From a virus, in IMG/VR virus record IMGVR_UViG_3300025543_005580, positions 47,990 through 111,989 of that record: a stretch of 64,000 bases of DNA, one strand, 5' to 3'. The translations under genes were made by a program, and so were the position numbers. This document shows, in pieces, positions 29,683-38,635 of the stretch. The notes under the pieces were generated by a model. The model saw nothing but the letters and a program-made list of their open reading frames with translations, ran no database searches and had not been told where the DNA came from. Each line of letters begins with the position of its first letter. The stretch's first letter is position 1.

Positions 29683-31566
29683 TTATTGTTCCTTAATATT
29701 ACTTTCATCTAAAAGCGACTCGCCTTCATTCATCAAGCTTAATTTTTTATTAAGAGATTCAAATAATTGTTTATTTTTTAATTTTTCTTGTAATGCTAAT
29801 GGTGAACCCCCCTTATATTGTGGTTTAATTGAATCCGATTCGTTATCATCATCTTTCATTCCTTTAGCACCTAAACGATCTTTACCAAAATTATCATCTT
29901 GGGTATTACGATCTGTTGATTTTTCCTCAGGACGTCCTAATGGTGCTTTTTCATTATACCCATCAGGAACATTTGCTGGGTCTGAATCCATTCTACCAGT
30001 TCCATATAATGAAGCTAGATCATGTGGTGTACCATATGATTTACCTGTTTCTAACGGATCATTACCCTCTGCTTCAATTTGAGTTACGCGGAACTTACGT
30101 TTTTGGTCTTGTACAATTAAATCTCTATATTCATCATATTGATCAACACTGAAATGGAATACGTTTTCATATATCCAATCTGATGGGAATAATTTTGATT
30201 CCATCATTGAATTGGCTAAATCTACTTTTTGGGTTAATAACGCAATTTTTTCTTGATCATAAATAATAGAAGGTGTTGTTAAACTTAATTCAAAATTAGT
30301 TAACGATTCTTCAGTGTATCCTTGTGTATATAAATGCACTAACGCGATCTTATACAATTCCGATAATACAATACGTTGAATACGATCAATAGTACGAGCA
30401 AAACGTATATCTTCTGCTGCTAATGTAGCTTTACCAGTTAAATCTTTCTCATAACCCATAAATGCTTTAGGCACTTTAAGAGCAGCAAATAATTTATCTC
30501 TTAAATATTCAACATCTTGAATACCATCATATGTTAGTCCTGGTTGTGTTTCTATTTTGGTAGATGTATCATTACCTCTAATTGGAATATAAAAATCTTC
30601 CATTAGGTTTTGCATGTTATATTTTTGATTATATTCCCCACTTTGTGGATCTATTAATGGAGTACGTTTCATTGTAGAAATAGTTTTCTGCATGAAATTT
30701 TCTACTTCATTTGGTGGAATAGAACCAACATTAATATAGAATGTACGGCGATCAGGACTACGAGATATTCTATGAATTAACATAGCATCTTCCATCAACG
30801 CATATTGTTTATAAATTCTACGAGCTGGTTCAATATATGAGCGACCATAAGGTAAGAAATTAACATCCGTTAATAAACGGAAGTGAGCCATTTCGTAATT
30901 ATCGAAATAAATAGCATCATCGTTTTCTTGATATGTATTTGGAACACCATAATATCCTGAACCACCTGAATATATTCCTTCTGGGGAGTATTTAAATCTA
31001 ATAGTACTTGGGTTTTCTTGATCGTATGCTTCTTGTCTTTCAATATGGTATGCTGTATAAGGTATTACATTATAAACACCAAATTTTTCAGCAATTTCTA
31101 ATTTAAGGAAAAAATCACCATATTTGTTCATTTGGCGAATCCATGACCATAAATTAAATTCAATATTTAACACGTCATAAAATAGGTTATATAATATTTT
31201 TTGAATATTATCATCACTACTTCTAATTTGAAGCACCTCACCCATATCATTTTTTAATGTACACTCATCAGCAATAATATCAAGTGCTGAAGCAACAATA
31301 GCGTCATTATCCATTACATCATAATCTGAGTAGATAAATGTACGCATATATTGGTAATTCATGTTTAGCTGTTGGCCAAACAATGAAGTTGAAGAAGGAG
31401 AATAAATACGATTGTATTTATCCATCAATGAATTAGTTGCAATGTCTCCCGATTTTTGGATCGAATCAACGTCCATCACTTTAAGTTGGTTACCCCCTTG
31501 ATTTCTAATGATTACATCAGAAGAGAATAAACGTTGTAGTCGAGTAAATAATCTAGTATCTGCCAT
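29683..31566 (-). CDS. gp20: Portal protein, T4 gp20-like
   Basis: LMEDAMLIHRISRSPDRRTFYINVG, MEDFYIPIRG, DVEYLRDKLFAALKVP, EDIRFARTI. Confidence 0.95.
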   Translation of the reverse strand: MADTRLFTRLQRLFSSDVIIRNQGGNQLKVMDVDSIQKSGDIATNSLMDKYNRIYSPSSTSLFGQQLNMNYQYMRTFIYSDYDVMDNDAIVASALDIIADECTLKNDMGEVLQIRSSDDNIQKILYNLFYDVLNIEFNLWSWIRQMNKYGDFFLKLEIAEKFGVYNVIPYTAYHIERQEAYDQENPSTIRFKYSPEGIYSGGSGYYGVPNTYQENDDAIYFDNYEMAHFRLLTDVNFLPYGRSYIEPARRIYKQYALMEDAMLIHRISRSPDRRTFYINVGSIPPNEVENFMQKTISTMKRTPLIDPQSGEYNQKYNMQNLMEDFYIPIRGNDTSTKIETQPGLTYDGIQDVEYLRDKLFAALKVPKAFMGYEKDLTGKATLAAEDIRFARTIDRIQRIVLSELYKIALVHLYTQGYTEESLTNFELSLTTPSIIYDQEKIALLTQKVDLANSMMESKLFPSDWIYENVFHFSVDQYDEYRDLIVQDQKRKFRVTQIEAEGNDPLETGKSYGTPHDLASLYGTGRMDSDPANVPDGYNEKAPLGRPEEKSTDRNTQDDNFGKDRLGAKGMKDDDNESDSIKPQYKGGSPLALQEKLKNKQLFESLNKKLSLMNEGESLLDESNIKEQ

Positions 31567-31593
31567 GTTATATATATTATATCCTATAAATAT

Positions 31594-33165
31594 TTAAAGA
31601 AGCCACTTAATGTCCTCTTTCCCTCCATAAGGGTTATCAATTTGGTAAGGGTTACTTCCATTTTTAGTTCCGTATGCACCAACATACGTAGTTTTATTCA
31701 TACCTCCTAGGGTAGCTCTAGTCATATCGTGGGAATGTTGTTGGAATTTGAGTGATGTATCTCTTAAATACATCCCTATACCAAAAGCCATTACTAAATC
31801 ATCATTATAACCTGATTGTGCTTCTGGTCTACCATTTCTCCAGATAAATACTTTCATTTCTTCTAACAAACGTTTGGAACGAATTGTTACTGATCTATCA
31901 CCAACATATTCTCTAAATTTGTTTACAACTAATGGTCTTGATCTCATAGACATAGTAAATCCAGGGGTCATATCACTATTACCCTCAAATACTTTAAGAT
32001 AAGCATCTGCAGTAAATTGGTCTGATTTAGGGGAATGGTATAAATTTGAATAACCACGTTCAATAATTGAATCAATTGTAGCCCAACCAATTGAAGCGTT
32101 TTCTACAGCTAACATTGCATTATTATATTCGGATCCTAAACCAACTAAAAAATAACCAAATTCTTTAGGAGACATCTGTCCCCTATATTCACCTACTTGT
32201 GTATTAGTTGCAATATCAATTATATGTGCTGTTGAAAAATCTTTACCATCTCCACGAGCAACATCTGCGGTGATCATATATTCTCTAGAATAATCAGCTG
32301 CTTCCCAAATCCATAAGTTTTGATCTACACCTCGTCTTTCTAATGGATCTTGGATTGTTGTTTCTTTTAAAAATTCAATCCATTCATTATAGAATACAAC
32401 ATCTCCTGATGTACTAAAATCACAATCACATTCTTGTGCAGCCATTCTAGGATCACCTAGTAATTCATCTTGTCTATCTCTCCATGCTTGGTCCCTTTCA
32501 GGGTGAACATACCAGGGTAGTTTAATAGGAATAAAGTCATTTTCTTTATTTTCAGCTGATACCCATGTTTTGTGGAACCAATTACCCGTACCATAAGGAG
32601 TAGATAATACAATAGCACCACCACCAGTTGCTAGGGTTTGTTGAGCTGAGGCCCATATTTCACCAATTTGATCAATAAATGCTGCCTCATCAATTAACAA
32701 CAAGGAAACGGCTTCTGATCTACCAGCATCACTACTTGCAGATGTTGCTTTTATTTGTGAGCCATTATTTAATCTAAGTGATAATTTATTATTTTCATCA
32801 GCTGGTATTTTAAGCCAAGAAGGTAAGTTATCATACATAAACTTAACCTTAGTAACCATATTACGAGCTGTTTCTTGCTTTGTCGCAATACAAAGAATAT
32901 TTTTATCCTTTTGGAATAACATCATCCATAAAGAATAACCTGCTGATAATGTTGAGATACCTAACTGTCTTGATTTTAAAATAATCGAGTATGGGTTATC
33001 TCTAAATAAATGTAATGTTTTTTCTTGGAAGGGGTATAGATTAAATAATACTCTACCACGTTGTGGGTGTTGAATATTACAATATTTTTTCATAAAATGA
33101 GCTGGGTCTTGAGCACATTTTAAGTATTCTTGTCTAATTATCGATTTTAAATCTTGATCTGCCAT
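31594..33165 (-). CDS. gp17: Terminase large subunit, T4 gp17-like
   Basis: LKSRQLGIST Walker A, LLLIDEAAF Walker B, STPYG, ADVARGDGKDFS, NDDLVMA. Confidence 0.95.
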   Translation of the reverse strand: MADQDLKSIIRQEYLKCAQDPAHFMKKYCNIQHPQRGRVLFNLYPFQEKTLHLFRDNPYSIILKSRQLGISTLSAGYSLWMMLFQKDKNILCIATKQETARNMVTKVKFMYDNLPSWLKIPADENNKLSLRLNNGSQIKATSASSDAGRSEAVSLLLIDEAAFIDQIGEIWASAQQTLATGGGAIVLSTPYGTGNWFHKTWVSAENKENDFIPIKLPWYVHPERDQAWRDRQDELLGDPRMAAQECDCDFSTSGDVVFYNEWIEFLKETTIQDPLERRGVDQNLWIWEAADYSREYMITADVARGDGKDFSTAHIIDIATNTQVGEYRGQMSPKEFGYFLVGLGSEYNNAMLAVENASIGWATIDSIIERGYSNLYHSPKSDQFTADAYLKVFEGNSDMTPGFTMSMRSRPLVVNKFREYVGDRSVTIRSKRLLEEMKVFIWRNGRPEAQSGYNDDLVMAFGIGMYLRDTSLKFQQHSHDMTRATLGGMNKTTYVGAYGTKNGSNPYQIDNPYGGKEDIKWLL

Positions 33166-33746
33166 TATTTACCTATTTTCCAATATAAACGGCCTGTATA
33201 TATTGGGGTAAATTCATTATTTACTCCTATTCCAAAACCGTATGCTTGTCTTTTTTTATTAACAAACAAAATTTCTCCATTTAAATTTTGAATTGCTGTT
33301 GGAGAACTACCTACCGAAATACCCCCGAAAAATTCCCTTTGGTAGATGTAAGAAGTATTAGTAACTGTAATTGTTGGGATGAATATGTTGGGTTGAACAT
33401 CTCTAAATAATATTGAGTTTTTACTTATAGTGTCATTTATGACAATACTCCCTAATGAATCTAAACTTAAGGTATCCGTGTAGGCGTATGTAGAATAATA
33501 ATCATTTAAAATAAATGCAGTATCAACATTAGCTAAAACAGTATCATGTATAGTAGTAACTTTAGTTCTCCATTTGGGGATATATTGTGTTTTTTCAACA
33601 ACTACAGTGTCCCATTTAACTACGGTTTCTGTAATAATTTTAGGTTCAGGAATAGTTTTATTTCCTGAACAACTTCTCATAAGAAGAATTATAACTACTA
33701 ATACTACTATAAGTAATGATTGTATATTTTTAAAGAAGTCCTTCAA
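33165..33746 (-). CDS. Membrane-anchored exported protein, possible spanin-like lysis component (193 aa)
   Basis: N-terminal hydrophobic helix, multiple D-(T/S)-hydrophobic motifs, and amphipathic beta-strand C-terminus (GRLYWKIGK). Confidence 0.5.
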   Translation of the reverse strand: MKDFFKNIQSLLIVVLVVIILLMRSCSGNKTIPEPKIITETVVKWDTVVVEKTQYIPKWRTKVTTIHDTVLANVDTAFILNDYYSTYAYTDTLSLDSLGSIVINDTISKNSILFRDVQPNIFIPTITVTNTSYIYQREFFGGISVGSSPTAIQNLNGEILFVNKKRQAYGFGIGVNNEFTPIYTGRLYWKIGK

Positions 33747-34092
33747 GTTCTTTTTTAATTTTAGTTAGAGTCTTTAATCGTTTTAAAAGCTCTTCTTTTT
33801 CAGCACCTTCAGCTTTTTTCCATTGATTAACTACCGTTTTCATTTCTTTATCAGTAGCAGATAATTTGGTAGCTATTTTAGCAACTGAGTCACCTTTTTT
33901 GATGTCAGCATTTGAAGGTTCCATATCATCATCGTCTATATCCTCAGCTAGTCCTGCTTCTTTAGATAATGCAATGGTTTTTTCTAATTCATCATTATAT
34001 TCTTTTTGGGCATCTACATCAGCATCAGAAACCTCAGATAGGATTTCAACTATTTCATTTTTAATGTATTCTTTAAACTCAGACTTTTTCAT
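33730..34092 (-). CDS. Putative internal head protein (MKKSEFKEYIK leader)
   Basis: Leader ending ILSE, charged coiled coil, late motif at 34110-34117. Confidence 0.55.
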   Translation of the reverse strand: MKKSEFKEYIKNEIVEILSEVSDADVDAQKEYNDELEKTIALSKEAGLAEDIDDDDMEPSNADIKKGDSVAKIATKLSATDKEMKTVVNQWKKAEGAEKEELLKRLKTLTKIKKELEGLL

Positions 34093-34119
34093 TATTTATA
34101 TATTTTCGTTATAAATATG

Positions 34120-34650
34120 TTAAAGATTCATATAGTTTACCATTTGATATATTCTATCCTCTGTACTACCTTCTAATGTATGTAATTTTTTGATTCTATG
34201 ATTATATTTATTTGTTAATTTAACAATCATATTATCAATTATATTTCTATATTGAGCATCTGTTTCACGAACGCCATTATCTTCAATTTCTACACCTTCA
34301 GGAGATACATAAAAGATATAGTCATACTCTCTAATTAGGTGAGATGCTAATGTTTCAAAATCTTCTTTATCATAAATGTCCATTGAAGTAGAACAATTAG
34401 CAAACGCCATAACATCAATTACAGTACGATCTGTAATAATATTTTCTACCATTAACTCACTTGATCGTTCAGCTAAAAATACACATTGACCTTTTAATGT
34501 TGAATCAGTATTCATTGGAATGCCTTGTACCATTAATTCCTTAGAACGTTCAGTTCTAAAGTTATAACCTTTAAAATAATCTAGCTCTTTAAGAGCATTA
34601 ACTAATGTAGTTTTACCTACACTCATTGTACCACATAATCCTATTTTCAT
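34120..34650 (-). CDS. P-loop kinase, NadR/AAA_28-like
   Basis: MKIGLCGTMSVGKTTL, ITDRTVID, YDYIFY, EDNGVR. Confidence 0.75.
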   Translation of the reverse strand: MKIGLCGTMSVGKTTLVNALKELDYFKGYNFRTERSKELMVQGIPMNTDSTLKGQCVFLAERSSELMVENIITDRTVIDVMAFANCSTSMDIYDKEDFETLASHLIREYDYIFYVSPEGVEIEDNGVRETDAQYRNIIDNMIVKLTNKYNHRIKKLHTLEGSTEDRIYQMVNYMNL

Positions 34651-35042
34651 ACGTCTTTATTATCTAACCATTTTCTATATACTCTATAACTATCACTATC
34701 AAAGTGTTCTGTACTAACCTCAAACAATGTTCCATCAGTTAACGCTTTAACTTGATGTGGTTGTCCAGGATATTGTCTTACACTATCACCTTCAATTAAA
34801 TGTTGCTCGTGAACTTCACCTGTTTCAGTATCAACCCAACGATATAAAAATTCGCCTTCTTGTACATACCAAGTTTCATCCTTAATCAAATGATAATGCA
34901 TGCTAAAGTTACAACCTTTTTTGAACACTAACAACTTACCACAGTAAAGCTCGTTATTTTCAAATATAATTTCATGTCCCCAACCTTTAGGAACATTACA
35001 TTCTTTACATTCTTTAGCGTTAAATACTATTGGTTTTTCCAT
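34647..35042 (-). CDS. Cupin-fold protein (sugar isomerase-like)
   Basis: KGWGHE, YCGKLL, SMHYHLIKDETWYV, PGQPH, FEVST. Confidence 0.8.
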   Translation of the reverse strand: MEKPIVFNAKECKECNVPKGWGHEIIFENNELYCGKLLVFKKGCNFSMHYHLIKDETWYVQEGEFLYRWVDTETGEVHEQHLIEGDSVRQYPGQPHQVKALTDGTLFEVSTEHFDSDSYRVYRKWLDNKDV

Positions 35043-35043
35043 A

Positions 35044-35310
35044 TTATAATCTTGAAGTACCTCTCATTGATGGGTTTTTATACCAAGGTAAACCTTCTCT
35101 TTCTTTCATTAATTCATTATAATCATCATAATTAAATGGTATACCATGAAGGTAATATGATTTTTCAAATTCAGAATCTTTATTAAATGGGACAATTGCT
35201 GGACCATCCCATCTGTGATGTTTCCATATATTTTTATTTTCTATTCTAATTAAATAATGTTTTGCTCCCTTAAAACTGATTGTTTTGTATTCATATAATT
35301 TTTCACTCAT
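35044..35310 (-). CDS. Hypothetical protein with HRWDGPA motif (88 aa)
   Basis: H-R-x-D-G-P-A-I..YYLHG motif common in phage proteins. Confidence 0.65.
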   Translation of the reverse strand: MSEKLYEYKTISFKGAKHYLIRIENKNIWKHHRWDGPAIVPFNKDSEFEKSYYLHGIPFNYDDYNELMKEREGLPWYKNPSMRGTSRL

Positions 35311-35321
35311 AATTCTTTTTA

Positions 35322-36704
35322 TTAAAATGTAATATTATCTCCTTGATGATTATCCCATTCGCAAATATACGAACCATTTTCTACTTTACAAAATCGCTCT
35401 AAAATATCTTCAGCAACATATGTTCCTTGTGCTCCTGAAACTGTAATACCACGAGCTGAGAGTGCATCACCTACAAAGTGAACATTATCAAAATCAGCCA
35501 ATGCCAGATTTTTATAATCTACAAGTGGCTCAGGTGATAGATATTTTACTTCAGGAATATAAACACCCCAATCATCTCCAAGTGTTGGAAATACTTTTTT
35601 CATATCATCAATAAAGTCATCAATGTATTTATAGTAACCTTGAAATGCTTCTCTTACTGCATCCATTTTATCAATTGAAATAGCACTTACTATATCACCT
35701 TCTGATGTTGTAGATGGTGTACGAGTTGGACTATAATATAAACCAGTACCTTCTTTATTTACTTTAGATACTAATTCTCTAGACCAAGCAAATGGTTCTT
35801 CAATTCCTGGTATTTCCATTAGGATACCAAAATTGGTCATATTATTTCTAAACGCTTCATCTTTTTTAGCGTGTCCGTTGTAGCTGTGATCTCCATACGT
35901 TTCTTCAACGGCAACATATGCTGCATTGTTGTTTGTACAGAAAGAACGTAGTGATACTCCTTCATCAAATTTTCTATATAATTTAAAATCATAACTAATA
36001 TCAATTAGTTTCTGGAAGTGTTTTTGTGGTGCCTCAAATCGCACCCCAATTTGTACTGGTTTTGGTTCAGTAGGTAGTTCATAATCGTCTGCTAATTGTT
36101 TACCAAAATCAATACCTGATTTGCCAACAGCAAACATTAGGCGATCATAGCTAATAGGCCAATTTTTAGGATTAATAAATGTTTCTTCTTCTCCTATAAA
36201 TAATTCTTGAGAATTAAAATCAATTGAAGTTACTTTAGTCTCCCAAATAAATTTAACACCTTTAGACACTAGATAATCATACCAATTTTTACCAATCTCG
36301 TGTAGATAATCTGTACCAACGTGCCATACAGGAAATAATCTTAAACCGAAATATGGTTTAATAAAATCTGGTTCCGCTACTGGGTTTGAACATTGTACTT
36401 CTTCTGGTTTAGGATGGAAACGTTTGAAATTGGTAATTACCTGATCAAACAATTCCATTGCTTTATCTTCCCCACAATACTTAGACATATGACCTCCAAT
36501 TGCTGTGTGATAAGTTAATTTACCATCACTCCAACCACCAGCACCTAAAAATCCTTCCATCACTTCAGAATATTTTCGGTTATATGGATCTTTACCCATA
36601 TCGATGATAGTAATATTATCACCAGGATAACCATTATCTACCAATTTTGTAGCAGCATTAACACCTGCTACACCTGCTCCTACGATTACTAATTTTTCTA
36701 CCAT
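35322..36704 (-). CDS. FAD-dependent oxidoreductase (COG2509-like)
   Basis: IVGAGVAG Rossmann motif, GFLGAGGWSDGKL, IGVRFE, RSFC, YNGH, PEVKY, VGD...RGI. Confidence 0.85.
   Translation of the reverse strand: MVEKLVIVGAGVAGVNAATKLVDNGYPGDNITIIDMGKDPYNRKYSEVMEGFLGAGGWSDGKLTYHTAIGGHMSKYCGEDKAMELFDQVITNFKRFHPKPEEVQCSNPVAEPDFIKPYFGLRLFPVWHVGTDYLHEIGKNWYDYLVSKGVKFIWETKVTSIDFNSQELFIGEEETFINPKNWPISYDRLMFAVGKSGIDFGKQLADDYELPTEPKPVQIGVRFEAPQKHFQKLIDISYDFKLYRKFDEGVSLRSFCTNNNAAYVAVEETYGDHSYNGHAKKDEAFRNNMTNFGILMEIPGIEEPFAWSRELVSKVNKEGTGLYYSPTRTPSTTSEGDIVSAISIDKMDAVREAFQGYYKYIDDFIDDMKKVFPTLGDDWGVYIPEVKYLSPEPLVDYKNLALADFDNVHFVGDALSARGITVSGAQGTYVAEDILERFCKVENGSYICEWDNHQGDNITF
35362..35392 (-). promoter_or_regulatory. 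Bacteroidota-type sigma70 promoter
   Basis: TTTG-N19-TATATTTG matches the -33/-7 consensus; about 50 nt upstream of ORF 35044..35310. Confidence 0.65.
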
Positions 36705-36735
36705 TATATAGTTATTGCCTTTATTTTTAACTCAT

Positions 36736-36767
36736 TGAATATACAAACAAAAAGTGGCGCCTCCAAA
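36736..36767 (-). promoter_or_regulatory. Bacteroidota-like promoter overlapping a terminator
   Basis: TTTG-N20-TATATTCA upstream of the oxidoreductase gene. Confidence 0.45.
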
Positions 36768-36778
36768 GGAGACGCCAC
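36745..36778 (-). terminator. Rho-independent terminator
   Basis: GTGGCGTCTCC-TTT-GGAGGCGCCAC followed by TTTTTGTTT. Confidence 0.8.
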
Positions 36779-36838
36779 AGATGTCATTTTTTTTTACTTT
36801 AAATCGACTGGCTATGAATCAGTCTATAATATGATTAA

Positions 36839-37486
36839 TTATACACCTAATGCGGTCATCATCGCGCCATCTTGAGTTGTAGGATCTTCATAAGTAACCA
36901 AACATCCTTTAGCATATATACCTGTTGAACCTTCAATATCTTCAATTTCAGTTCCATTTAAGTTATATGGACCTTGTTGACCTATTAAACTTGGGAGTCT
37001 TTTTGTTAAATCTAAAAGAGTAGTAAGATTATTACCAGTTTCAGGTTGCCCAGGTAGATCTGTAACCCATTCAACAGAGAATACCATTACGTTTTTATCT
37101 TCAGAACCAACATAAATACACCATCTAGAATCACCTCCTAAAATTGGGGTTCCATTAATTGTAGATATTGCGGTCTGGATTAAACCATCAGAAGCGATTA
37201 GATTTGCACCTCTTCTACACTCATAACCTATATTTAGATTATCTGCGCCTGTTAATTGGCTTTCACGTATTGCAAAAGTACCTACTTCTGCGGCAGGTAT
37301 TCTTCCCCCGTTAACAGATCCGTTAAAAAATCCACCTATATTGTAGATACTTCTAATATCTTGGGCGATAGGGATACGAGCAGCAATATCACCTTGTTGC
37401 GCTACAGAAATTCCTGTTAGGAATGAGTTTGGACAAGCCACATATCTAATGTTATCTTGTGGGCTTTGTGTTAAAATAATTGGCAT
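36839..37486 (-). CDS. Hypothetical protein (215 aa)
   Basis: Clean ORF with A-rich start, ATATGTATT motif upstream and its own terminator. Confidence 0.65.
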   Translation of the reverse strand: MPIILTQSPQDNIRYVACPNSFLTGISVAQQGDIAARIPIAQDIRSIYNIGGFFNGSVNGGRIPAAEVGTFAIRESQLTGADNLNIGYECRRGANLIASDGLIQTAISTINGTPILGGDSRWCIYVGSEDKNVMVFSVEWVTDLPGQPETGNNLTTLLDLTKRLPSLIGQQGPYNLNGTEIEDIEGSTGIYAKGCLVTYEDPTTQDGAMMTALGV

Positions 37487-37535
37487 TTTTATTTGGTTTT
37501 AAGTTATGTTGTTGATAATACATATATGGAAAAAT

Positions 37536-37838
37536 TTACTCTTTCCAAATTTTTATTATTAATTTTCCTTCTCCTTTTATAACACGATGCCATTCGTGTT
37601 TTGGAATAAATATAGGCACATTCATTGAAGTTGGTAATTGGTCTTCTAACTGTATTTGCCAATCTGTTTTACCTATAATCTCAATTGTTCTATCTTCATC
37701 ATCACGATGCCACATAAGTTCAATTGGGTCTATATTTTCACTAAATTCCCTAATTGTATATTTGTTGTTGATTTCTATATCAACATAAGGTCTACCAGAA
37801 ACCTCCGAAATTTGATTTGAGTCCGAGTAATTTTGCAT
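37536..37838 (-). CDS. Small cupin-fold protein (start uncertain; ATG at 37838 overlaps the upstream gene)
   Basis: ELMWHRDDEDR...WQIQL...IFIPKHEWHRVIKG. Confidence 0.7.
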   Translation of the reverse strand: MQNYSDSNQISEVSGRPYVDIEINNKYTIREFSENIDPIELMWHRDDEDRTIEIIGKTDWQIQLEDQLPTSMNVPIFIPKHEWHRVIKGEGKLIIKIWKE

Positions 37839-38619
37839 AACGTGGTAAGCGACAAGACCAATATCCTGCCTTTGTTTTATCCTTTTTAGTTGAACATTTA
37901 TGACGTGCCGCAAATGCATTACGTGCTTTTTTATCGTTGATTTTAGCTCTTAAACCACCTGAACCGAAACGTACTGTTTTAATTTTCTTGGTTTTAGGAT
38001 CTTTAACATAAACCTTATATGCTTTACCTCCTGAAGAGTCACGCATTGGTTTATTTAATTTTTTATTGTCGTTTTTGGCTTCTTTAAGTACAAACTTATC
38101 CACCCAAACATCGTGGGTTAATCTATATAATACTTTGTCTGGTATTCTATCTGTGTATATTTTTATTACACCTTCAGTACCACTATGTCTAGTATGATTG
38201 ATATTCATATCTTGCAATTTATCAATCATAAGGTCATAATTTTCAGGTCTAACTTTTAATAGAGCATATTTTCTATCATCTTCTCCACCTTCTTCATATG
38301 TTCCTTCGTCTAACATAGGAAAATCTAATGGTACTTTTTTACCTTCAAACATGCCATAATGACCTAAATCTGTTTCTGTTAGAACAGCTAAATCATCTTC
38401 ATGAGTAATCTCTAAAATATTACGAGAATATAAAGAACGAGCTTCAGCCCATAAGTTAAAGTAACTATCCGAACCAGCACGATATAAGTGTTCTGTTAGC
38501 GGTTTATTAGCGTCCATATGGTATTTTAAACCTTCAGACAATATAGCACGTGGAGCTAAACTTTCGTTGAGCATTAACGTTGATTTTGTATCGCAAGTAT
38601 TACATCCGCAGTCGCACAT
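37792..38619 (-). CDS. Putative internal head protein with basic Cys-containing C-terminal domain
   Basis: LNE/LSE/LDE/LKE-delimited modules; KVYVKDPKT...VRFG...ARHKC...YWSC domain. Confidence 0.65.
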   Translation of the reverse strand: MCDCGCNTCDTKSTLMLNESLAPRAILSEGLKYHMDANKPLTEHLYRAGSDSYFNLWAEARSLYSRNILEITHEDDLAVLTETDLGHYGMFEGKKVPLDFPMLDEGTYEEGGEDDRKYALLKVRPENYDLMIDKLQDMNINHTRHSGTEGVIKIYTDRIPDKVLYRLTHDVWVDKFVLKEAKNDNKKLNKPMRDSSGGKAYKVYVKDPKTKKIKTVRFGSGGLRAKINDKKARNAFAARHKCSTKKDKTKAGYWSCRLPRYAKLLGLKSNFGGFW

Positions 38620-38635
38620 ATTATTTTGTTTTATT

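Noticed and set aside
29683-33165. Inteins or introns in portal or terminase
   Set aside because: Normal lengths and contiguous motifs; no splice-junction signatures.
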